Positions 57,098-64,000 of a DNA stretch of 64,000 nucleotides are shown in pieces. How positions within the stretch are numbered: the first letter of the stretch is position 1; the number at the start of each line of letters is the position of its first letter. Both the position numbers and the translations under genes were made by a program. The stretch lies in IMG/VR virus record IMGVR_UViG_3300028592_000004, positions 165,211-229,210 of that record. One strand, written 5' to 3'. The notes under the pieces were generated by a model. The model saw nothing but the letters and a program-made list of their open reading frames with translations, was not told where the DNA came from and ran no database searches.

Positions 57098-57705
57098 TTC
57101 CCTTCCAGAAACTTGACCGTGTTCACCAGCACCTGGGCGAGCTGTCGTGAGATCCGGAACCGCGGCGTGTTGATGAGGATGCTGCGGAGGATGTTGCCGT
57201 TGCGATGACGCTCGCTGCTCGCCTTCCAGTCGAGGGTCATCTCCAGGATGGCCGGCAGGTTCATCTCGTTGATCGGAGAGACGTCGTTTGCCGCCTCCTC
57301 TTGGAGCCGAGCGACCAGCCGCTCCTTGACAGCCTGCGGGATATCCGTCGACCGCTCCAGCGCAGAAATATCGGAGAGCATCTCCGGATCGGGCGTACCT
57401 TCCCGGTAATGCTCGGGATGATGGTCGTTGCGGCCGTAGTGGTGATCCAGTGCTGGCTTGAGAGCCGCAAGGAACTCCTTGTACTGCGGGTCCCCGAATG
57501 TCACGCCGTCAAGCAACGGCGTGTAGACAGCGAAGAACTCCGCTTCGGGAGACTGCAACTTGGAGAGGTCATGCCTCGATGCGCGAAGGAGAAGCTCCGT
57601 CGCCATGACGCCGAGAAGGTCACGAACCCGCGAGATGTGCGCCTGGGTCTGGACTTTCGACTCCGCCAGCGCGAGCGGGGTCACTTCCGGAAGTTGACTC
57701 GTCAA
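57094..57705 (-). CDS. DUF5662-like (HD-related) protein
   Basis: HDLSKL, HHYGRNDHHPEHY, EMTLDWKA motifs. Confidence 0.8.
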   Translation of the reverse strand: MTSQLPEVTPLALAESKVQTQAHISRVRDLLGVMATELLLRASRHDLSKLQSPEAEFFAVYTPLLDGVTFGDPQYKEFLAALKPALDHHYGRNDHHPEHYREGTPDPEMLSDISALERSTDIPQAVKERLVARLQEEAANDVSPINEMNLPAILEMTLDWKASSERHRNGNILRSILINTPRFRISRQLAQVLVNTVKFLEGK

Positions 57706-58402
57706 CGAATACTCCTTGAGGTTTCAGCCGACTGATCGCACAGATGGCGTCAGCGGCCAAGACGATATCCGACAGCAAAGCGCTGTCAAAGATAATGCGA
57801 ACCGCAGGGACTTCCTGTCCGTTGCGAGGCGGCAAGGACGTTGCTCTCACCTCCAGAACAGGCAGCCACCGGAACTCGCGTGAGTGAAGCCACAGGAACT
57901 TGTCCCCGACGACCACCTGAGCAGCCGCTGCCTCGTAGATGTCTCGGCCGGGTGCCAACCCACGCTCGTACACCAGACTTGCCAAACCGTCGAGGTTGGG
58001 CACCAGCGAGGCCAGAGACTGATTCGTGCGAATGAGCTTGTCCTCCGTGCGTCGAAGGTCGTTTTGAAGCTCATAGACCAGTCCTTCGACCGCCCCACTG
58101 ACCGTATCGTCATAGGCGTCGAACTTGACGTGATCGACAGAAATCACTGCCCGCACCATTCCCGAAGGAGTGGTCTGGACGCGAATGAAGTTGATGGGCT
58201 GGAGTCCATCGTATTCGCGTGTCTCAACCCAGAACGCTTCAGCGTGAAAGAACCCTTCGAACTCTCCAGTTTGCAGCTTTACGGCCGTCTCAATGGACTT
58301 CTCGTCGAGCTGCGGTACGGCCCGAGCAAGCTCGCGGCGAAATTCGAGAGCGAGGTCGTTAGCTTCGAGCGCTGACTTGGGCAGTTTGATCTCGTCGGTC
58401 AT
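57620..58402 (-). CDS. Hypothetical protein
   Basis: 260-aa ORF, ATGA overlap. Confidence 0.65.
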   Translation of the reverse strand: MTDEIKLPKSALEANDLALEFRRELARAVPQLDEKSIETAVKLQTGEFEGFFHAEAFWVETREYDGLQPINFIRVQTTPSGMVRAVISVDHVKFDAYDDTVSGAVEGLVYELQNDLRRTEDKLIRTNQSLASLVPNLDGLASLVYERGLAPGRDIYEAAAAQVVVGDKFLWLHSREFRWLPVLEVRATSLPPRNGQEVPAVRIIFDSALLSDIVLAADAICAISRLKPQGVFVDESTSGSDPARAGGVESPDPGAHLAGS

Positions 58403-58788
58403 GGTTGGCGACTGAGCCTTTCAAAGAGGAGATCCATCTCCAGCAGGTTCTCCGGTGCCAGTTCATCCGGCACGAAGTTCCAGCGGACATGGGTGTCAAA
58501 GAAGATCACCTCGATCCGCCGGCCATATCGGGAAAGGAGGTACGTCGGTGGGCCGTTGTTGGTGGCGTCCTCAAAGCCCTCCTGGAGGAGAACCGCGGGC
58601 GTGAGTTTGACCAGGCGCCGTTCTTCCATCGCCACAAGATGGCCGGCGAGCGTCATGAGGTCACGACGCTTCTGGCTGATGTTGACGTGCGGCACGGGGC
58701 CGACGTCAGATCGGTAGGGATCCAAACCCTGGCGGCTGTCCAGCTGCCGCTTGAGTGCTTCAACGAATGCCGTTCCACGAACGATCAT
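58399..58788 (-). CDS. Hypothetical protein
   Basis: Start moved to MIVRG. Confidence 0.6.
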   Translation of the reverse strand: MIVRGTAFVEALKRQLDSRQGLDPYRSDVGPVPHVNISQKRRDLMTLAGHLVAMEERRLVKLTPAVLLQEGFEDATNNGPPTYLLSRYGRRIEVIFFDTHVRWNFVPDELAPENLLEMDLLFERLSRQP

Positions 58789-58930
58789 TCCAGTCCTGTC
58801 CTTCCTGTTGAGGCTTCTTAACCCAAGCCTGATGCTCGTACGTGTCTGCAAGGACAACGAGCACAAAGGCAAACGTGATGAATACGATCATGGCCGCGAG
58901 CACCATGAGCATTTGAATGAGAATGTCCAT
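58760..58930 (-). CDS. Small membrane protein
   Basis: RBS AGGAG before MDILIQ; one TM helix. Confidence 0.55.
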   Translation of the reverse strand: MDILIQMLMVLAAMIVFITFAFVLVVLADTYEHQAWVKKPQQEGQDWNDRSWNGIR

Positions 58931-59169
58931 AGTGCGTCGACTCCCTGATATCTGCGGATGAGACGGCCACCTCTCGTAACTGCGGGATTCTTCACCGGCA
59001 TTGTCCTGCGGGGTGCCGGCAGCTGCCTGCATGCGCCATGCTCTGCTTTCGTGAACGATGGTCCTGCACAGAACCTAGAGCCGAGACCTGCATCCATTGG
59101 GCTGAGCTGCCTCGTGCGTGTGAACCTGCCCTCCATAGCAACCTGCCGAAAGGCCTCCTAGCGAACGTC

Positions 59170-59311
59170 TCGGGGCTGTGGACACGTTGTCCTGAATCCC
59201 GACCTTTCACAGCGTTCCGCGAGTGTCTCCAGGCGGCTAGCGCTCTGGATCTGATTCGCGCTTCGCCCTTGCAGCGGGCGTAGACACAGGGGTTGATAAT
59301 CAGTGCCCCTG
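59170..59311. ncRNA. Structured repeat copy C (putative guide RNA scaffold)
   Basis: As copy A. Confidence 0.75.
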
Positions 59312-59692
59312 CTCTGGGAATTGTTCAACGTAATCTCACGTTCAGGACGTGGCACATTGTCTGCAATACGGACAGCAGACGCTGCCTAACCGGATTGTGC
59401 TGCCTTGATCCTGCGACATTCCCCGTAGACCTGCTGACGTACGGACTTCTTTCTGTCATGACACGATCGTCTGACGTGATACTGCGTCCGAGCGGAACAT
59501 CACTCGCCGTGTCGGTGCTGTTGCGTCCCTGAGGTCATTGCAGTGCGCCAGTGCCGGAAGCTGCGTCCGAACCCTAACGAGGTGTACTCGAACGTCCGAA
59601 TCTTGCCGCAATGGTATCCTGTCGCTCCTTGCAAAGCCGACACACTTCTCCAGGGACTTGCAGTCGAGTTTCAGGCGGGTGCACCGGACGTT

Positions 59693-59835
59693 TCGGGGCT
59701 GTGAGCACATTGCTCGGAATCCCGATCTCTTTCTCAGCGTTCCGCGGTCGAACCGGGGCGGCTAGCGCTCCCGGTCGACACCGCGCTTGGCCCTGGCAAT
59801 GGGCCTGATCCAAGGAGTTGAAGGTCATTGCTCCT
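59693..59835. ncRNA. Structured repeat copy D (putative guide RNA scaffold), overlapping the stop codon of the TnpB-like gene
   Basis: As copy A; occupies the position typical of a TnpB omega-RNA. Confidence 0.8.
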
Positions 59836-61126
59836 GGCTCGTCTCGCCTTCGTCGGAGGACTCTTCCTCCTTCTCCGGCGGCGTCTTGGCACGAACCACG
59901 ATCCGCTTCGCACGAGCCTTCTGTTCGATCATGGTGCCAAGCATGGCCCACGGGAACGAGGGTGCGAAGGAGTGGTCCGTATCGTCATAAACGATCTCCG
60001 CCACTTTACGGCGGGCTGCGTAGGCAACAAGTGAGGCACTCACCTGGTGGCACAGCGTCTGGAGCCGGTTCCGGTCACGCCGGGCCTTCTCCTGAACGTG
60101 AGCTTGGAACGGCTTTCCGTCCCGCCGCGGTTTCCGATACTCGGCCTTGCGGTCGTCGCTCAGTCGAGACAACTCCCGCAGGTGGGCCGCGTGCCGGTTC
60201 GAAATCATCCGGGCGTTATCGGCGTTGTAGTTCCAGATCCGCTGATCGTCCATGTCTACGCAGACCAGGAGCGAATCCTTGTCTGAGCGAACCATCAGCG
60301 TGTTGTCGGGAATGGACTCTCCCTTGATGGGGAGCCACCCGACGATCTTCGCCATCAACCGCCGGCTCGACCGGTTCCCGTTTCCGTTCTCTCGGTCCTT
60401 GTTCGCCGGCCGGTGATCGCCGGGCTTGCCTTCGATTTCCAGCAGCGCCGCCTGGCCCAGGAGCTCGGGATGCTCCATCAGCCATTCGATCGCCTTCGTC
60501 TGCCGCTTGAACTGCCGGCCGGCAGAGAGCATCAGCTCGTGCCGCACTCCGCCGACATTGGCGATCAGGAAGATCCGCTCGTCCTTGCGTTCCAGCTTGA
60601 ACCCGTCCGGCCGAATGGGAACCGGCTGCGGAAAGCGGAAGCTCGGCGGCGCAATCGCGTTTCGCCAGATCATGTCATATCGCAATTTGCGATAGCGCTG
60701 CTCGACTGACATCAGAACCGCCGAAGCGGTTCCCTTGCCGATCGTCTGCCACGATGCCAGCTCTGGTCCCATCCCGTACAGGTAGATCGGCGGCATCTTC
60801 GGCAGTTTCTCCTCGCCGGGACCGCGGACAACGTCGTTCGCCAGCAGCTTCCGGATCGCCCAGTTGCTGAGGTGAGTCACTGCCTCCTGTGCCTGCCGCA
60901 GGATCGGGCGAAAGACCTCCCAGTCCGCCGAGGCGATCGGGATCGTCATCGCGCGGATCGCGTAGGTCTTGCCCCAGCACTCCGAGCAGGTGAGCGTACT
61001 CCCAACGTTCTTCCAACCCCGCGGCGGGCGAGGCTTCCCTTTCACGGTCGGCTTGACGTTGCGCAAGGCGCCGCAGACCGAGCAAGCAATTTCGACAGTT
61101 TCAGTTGACGTTGTCGCCGTCTCCAT
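59825..61126 (-). CDS. Nuclease-dead TnpB/Cas12f-like RNA-guided protein with N-terminal zinc finger
   Basis: CSVC..CSEC; PSFRFPQPVPI; basic bridge helix ending RNRLQTLCHQVSASLVAYA; IVYDD (RuvC-II-like); FPWAMLGTMIEQKA; RuvC-I Asp position degenerate (LMVRSD); no C-terminal Zn ribbon or RuvC-III. Confidence 0.75.
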   Translation of the reverse strand: METATTSTETVEIACSVCGALRNVKPTVKGKPRPPRGWKNVGSTLTCSECWGKTYAIRAMTIPIASADWEVFRPILRQAQEAVTHLSNWAIRKLLANDVVRGPGEEKLPKMPPIYLYGMGPELASWQTIGKGTASAVLMSVEQRYRKLRYDMIWRNAIAPPSFRFPQPVPIRPDGFKLERKDERIFLIANVGGVRHELMLSAGRQFKRQTKAIEWLMEHPELLGQAALLEIEGKPGDHRPANKDRENGNGNRSSRRLMAKIVGWLPIKGESIPDNTLMVRSDKDSLLVCVDMDDQRIWNYNADNARMISNRHAAHLRELSRLSDDRKAEYRKPRRDGKPFQAHVQEKARRDRNRLQTLCHQVSASLVAYAARRKVAEIVYDDTDHSFAPSFPWAMLGTMIEQKARAKRIVVRAKTPPEKEEESSDEGETSQEQ

Positions 61127-61475
61127 TGAGCCCTCCGAAGGTAGTGAGTAGAAGTGCCTGTACCTTTGCCTTCATCTTCTCGATGATCGCGAGCCACTCG
61201 GCCTCAGTCTCGATCTCAACGTGCGGCATCTCCGACTGGAAGAGACGCCACTTATGTGCGCCCATGCCGATTCGAGCAACACCGCGATCGGCGCCAGCTT
61301 TCTGTGCGTCTTCATCGAGCCGCTGCAATATGGTGTCCGCAAGTGCCAGCGACTTCGGGACCACGATCTTCCCTTCCGCGTCGCGGAAGGGAATTTCATA
61401 ACCGCCAAGGTAACTAAGCATAAAGAACCAACGAATCGATGGCACCCCGGTTACATTGACCCTGATAGGTTCCAT
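61101..61475 (-). CDS. Hypothetical protein; resembles 55407-55727
   Basis: RBS GAGGA; overlaps the start of the TnpB-like gene. Confidence 0.7.
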   Translation of the reverse strand: MEPIRVNVTGVPSIRWFFMLSYLGGYEIPFRDAEGKIVVPKSLALADTILQRLDEDAQKAGADRGVARIGMGAHKWRLFQSEMPHVEIETEAEWLAIIEKMKAKVQALLLTTFGGLNGDGDNVN

Positions 61476-61484
61476 GACGTCCTC

Positions 61485-61518
61485 AAAAGAAAAGAGACGG
61501 CAGGAAAGTCCTGCCGTC
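61485..61518 (-). terminator. Intrinsic terminator
   Basis: GACGGCAGGA/TCCTGCCGTC stem plus TCTTTTCTTTT on the minus strand. Confidence 0.75.
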
Positions 61519-61527
61519 CCGGGATAG

Positions 61528-61956
61528 CTACTCTCCGTCAGCCAGCTTGCGGTACGCCTCGATCTGAGCGAGCTCGGCTGCGGTGAACAGCTCGGGCTGC
61601 GTCGGCTGAGGCATCCGGGCTCGCTTGTAAAGGCGAGCCAGCCAGAAGTGATCGATGTGGTAGCCGCTACGGTACGCTTCCATCGTCACCAGCTTTCCGG
61701 CTTCACGCGTGGCCGGCCAATCCGGGACCGGAACGTATTCCGAAGTCTCGGGACAGGCCAGCTTGAAGTTCGGTTGCGGTCGATTCAGTGGCCGGTTCTG
61801 AGGTTGCTTTCCCTCTTGCCGATACCACGTCGCCGCCAGAGAGGTGTGCTTCCTCATCACCAGACAAAGGCGCTTGAGGAGGGCACAGGTTTCGTAGTTA
61901 CAGGGGTGGAATCCGTACCTGGATTCCGTCTCTTTGCGTTCGGTGACCTGAGTCAT
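61528..61956 (-). CDS. Hypothetical protein
   Basis: Start moved to MTQVT (RBS GGAG). Confidence 0.65.
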   Translation of the reverse strand: MTQVTERKETESRYGFHPCNYETCALLKRLCLVMRKHTSLAATWYRQEGKQPQNRPLNRPQPNFKLACPETSEYVPVPDWPATREAGKLVTMEAYRSGYHIDHFWLARLYKRARMPQPTQPELFTAAELAQIEAYRKLADGE

Positions 61957-62305
61957 CGTTGGGTTCTCCCAATTTGAGCAGTTGATATCTCTTGAGGAGA
62001 CGCCGTGTCTCCCCACTGACAAGACCTGTGGCAATCGCTGTCGCCTCGTTATTCCGTGCCGGCTCATGGAAGAGCACGAACGGAATGTGACAGTGCTGGA
62101 GGTGGGCAGCGCAAGCATTGAGCTGCCGAAGATCCTTGACCCCACACAAAGCAAGATGGGGATGTTCTTCCCACGTCAGATTCAAGAGGTGTTTAGCCTC
62201 CAGAGCTGCGTGGACCGCCTGCACGGCCCGTTGGGGCGGCGGTAGATCTTGTCGGACGAAGATGTAGAGATACTGCGTCACTGGGAGGTGCGGTCAATGT
62301 TCCAT
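61898..62305 (-). CDS. Peptidyl-tRNA hydrolase 2 (Pth2)-like protein with in-frame UGA at codon 4
   Basis: YIFVRQDL..QRAVQAVHAA, FHEP...TAIAT; AAGGAGG 8 nt before ATG GAA CAT TGA CCG CAC CTC CCA GTG ACG, in frame; ends in TAA. Confidence 0.75.
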
Positions 62306-62335
62306 TGTGAGGTCCTCCTTCTGAAATGAACCCTG

Positions 62336-62409
62336 TGTCGGGGGCGGGATTCGAACCCGCAACCAACGGATTTGAAGTCCGGTGCTCTAACCATTTGAGC
62401 CACCCCGAC
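62336..62409 (-). tRNA. tRNA with UCA anticodon (opal suppressor; not tRNA-Sec)
   Basis: Acceptor GTCGGGG/CCCCGAC+A73, D arm GCTC/GAGC, loop CT-TCA-AA, short variable loop, T arm GCGGG-TTCGAAT-CCCGC. Confidence 0.9.
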
Positions 62410-62442
62410 AACAGGGGACTCTACGAGACTGACGACCGGCCG

Positions 62443-62889
62443 TCAATCTTCCTTGGCCGTCTGCAGCCACTCGCCGAGAGCGAGGGCCGACTCGTACGAG
62501 ACATACAGCCGCACATCCTCGCAGACGGCCAGACGGCCATCCGGGGTGCAGACGGAGACCGCAATGTTCGTGAGCTGGCAGTCGACAAGAACGACGCCAC
62601 CAAGAAGCAACTTCCTACCATCAGCACCTGTGATATCGGCGTACTGGCGGTAGAACTGCTCAAGTAAGGCCCGCGGACCGAGGACCCGCGACAAATGCAC
62701 GGCGCCATACTTCGGCGACTTCCCGGGCGAGGACAGCTGCACGGAGCCGATCCGCCGTAGCTGAACCAGCAAACCCACTCCATCCATCCACTCGGGAATG
62801 AGCATCTTCGCGTGGAAGATGTTCGGATCGGGCGGTATCGCCTTGGGACGAAAGAACGCTGCGATCCAACCAAACACACGTCGAAGCAT
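62443..62889 (-). CDS. Hypothetical protein
   Basis: RBS AGGAG. Confidence 0.6.
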   Translation of the reverse strand: MLRRVFGWIAAFFRPKAIPPDPNIFHAKMLIPEWMDGVGLLVQLRRIGSVQLSSPGKSPKYGAVHLSRVLGPRALLEQFYRQYADITGADGRKLLLGGVVLVDCQLTNIAVSVCTPDGRLAVCEDVRLYVSYESALALGEWLQTAKED

Positions 62890-62898
62890 GGCGGACTC

Positions 62899-63258
62899 CT
62901 AGTTCATCTCGGCGTGACGACGGAGGCTCCGTCTGACCATCGCGCCGAGTTCTTCGTGATCGACCCACTTTCCCCGTTCAAGGAAGCCGTCCTCCAAGTC
63001 CGACGTTCGGACGAAGAACCGGACAGTCGTCTCTCCGCCGGCCGACTCCGTCTTGACGAGAGCATCGAAGACGAGGCCCGTCATGCCGACGAAGAAGACC
63101 GGCTTCAGGTTCGTTTCCAGGACACCGTCGTACGTCTTCGAGCGGATGCGGCGAGTCCGCTTCTTGTCCTGGTACATGTCGTACGCGTTCACGAGGAGCG
63201 CGTCGCGCACGGTTTCCGTCATCGGCTTGTCGCCCTGCATCAGACAGTACATCTGCAT
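62899..63258 (-). CDS. Hypothetical protein
   Basis: RBS GAGGA. Confidence 0.65.
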   Translation of the reverse strand: MQMYCLMQGDKPMTETVRDALLVNAYDMYQDKKRTRRIRSKTYDGVLETNLKPVFFVGMTGLVFDALVKTESAGGETTVRFFVRTSDLEDGFLERGKWVDHEELGAMVRRSLRRHAEMN

Positions 63259-63278
63259 CGTGGGTTCCTCGGTTGGGG

Positions 63279-63836
63279 TTATTCGCGGATGCCACTTTTA
63301 TTCCGAGCCAGCCAGAGCTTTTCGTCAAGGTCCACCGGGTGGATCTCCAGGCGATCGGCTTCGGCCAGGAACAGCTGCGTCACCCGCTCGTATTCACGCT
63401 TGGACTGGGGCGTGATCTTCGGGACATTGTGGCCTTGCTCCGCGAGCCAGGCCAAGATGTGAACATCCAGGACCGCGTAGCGATCCCGGCGGTTCGACCA
63501 CCGCATGAAGAAGCGGCTTGTCTTCTGCTTGATCCCTTTGATGGCCTCCAGCTCCGCGACCGTACATGTGGCCAGATCGAGCTGGGCTCTCAACAGGCCG
63601 TGAAAGGCCGCGGAGTTCTTGTCGTAGTTGCCGACGCGAGCAGCCTTGAGGCAACTCACCAGCGTCGGCATCCTCTGAGGTAGGGACGCGAACCACGTCC
63701 CCTTCCAGAGACCGCGACGTTCGAGCTCTTCGAAGAGCACGATCATCTTGGCTTCTGCGAACCTCGCCGATTTGCCGGCGACGATCACCGCGTAGAGAAC
63801 CTTGTATTCCAGATCCTTTGGAAACGACCGAGGCAT
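63279..63836 (-). CDS. Helix-hairpin-helix DNA glycosylase-like protein (8-oxoG glycosylase type)
   Basis: LEAIKGIKQKTSRFF (HhH) and YAVLDVHIL. Confidence 0.8.
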   Translation of the reverse strand: MPRSFPKDLEYKVLYAVIVAGKSARFAEAKMIVLFEELERRGLWKGTWFASLPQRMPTLVSCLKAARVGNYDKNSAAFHGLLRAQLDLATCTVAELEAIKGIKQKTSRFFMRWSNRRDRYAVLDVHILAWLAEQGHNVPKITPQSKREYERVTQLFLAEADRLEIHPVDLDEKLWLARNKSGIRE

Positions 63837-64000
63837 CTTCTACCTTTTGAGCGGGTACAGCGGTTCGATCAGAACGTCGCCTGCAACCCACTTCTCCTGA
63901 GAGGTAAAACCACTCGTATATAGTGACGCAATTCCGCTGCCAATGAAGGCGTCGCTGCCGAACGCCATGTGCGGCCGGAAGATCATATCGCCCAGCAACA

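Noticed and set aside
59170-59311. HDV-like (theta) ribozyme
   Set aside because: Pseudoknot present, but no P1.1/P4/J4-2 catalytic C arrangement could be fitted
54933-59835. Four-copy element as a CRISPR array
   Set aside because: Units are ~142 nt, divergent and irregularly spaced (331 and 523 nt within pairs); no short identical repeats with spacers and no cas1/cas2
59825-61126. Active IS200/IS605 or IS607 element
   Set aside because: No TnpA or serine recombinase nearby, and the RuvC catalytic residues and C-terminus are missing
62377-62385. 9-nt match (GTCCGGTGC) between the copy-D flank and the UCA tRNA gene
   Set aside because: The same 9-mer also occurs near 53850; a match this short is expected by chance in GC-rich DNA
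62336-62409. tRNA-Sec, or genome-wide UGA recoding
   Set aside because: 7-bp acceptor and short variable arm are unlike tRNA-Sec; many genes end in TGA coupled to the next start

Overview
GC-rich, gene-dense segment with almost all genes on the minus strand. It is best read as part of a large (jumbo) phage genome, probably infecting Planctomycetota, because it carries a DUF1559 prepilin-like gene and a TIGR03067-like gene. Left part: a two-chain multisubunit RNA polymerase (beta fused to the N-half of beta', plus a separate beta' C-half), Pro/Gly-rich putative virion proteins sharing a K-x-A motif, several proteases, an SNF2-type helicase fusion, a 2H phosphoesterase and glycosylation enzymes. 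Middle: a tRNA cluster with several aberrant tRNA-like genes, dCMP deaminase, and a Ro60/TROVE gene preceded by a tandem array of six Y-RNA-like modules, with more near 33.3 kb. Right: many small hypothetical genes, a nuclease-dead TnpB/Cas12f-like gene with four dispersed copies of a ~142-nt covarying structured element (putative guide-RNA scaffolds with different flanking guides), and an opal (UCA) tRNA directly upstream of a Pth2-like gene whose fourth codon is an in-frame UGA. All calls come from reading motifs by eye; no database search was run. Many start codons were moved from the ORF track using RBS and overlap logic.
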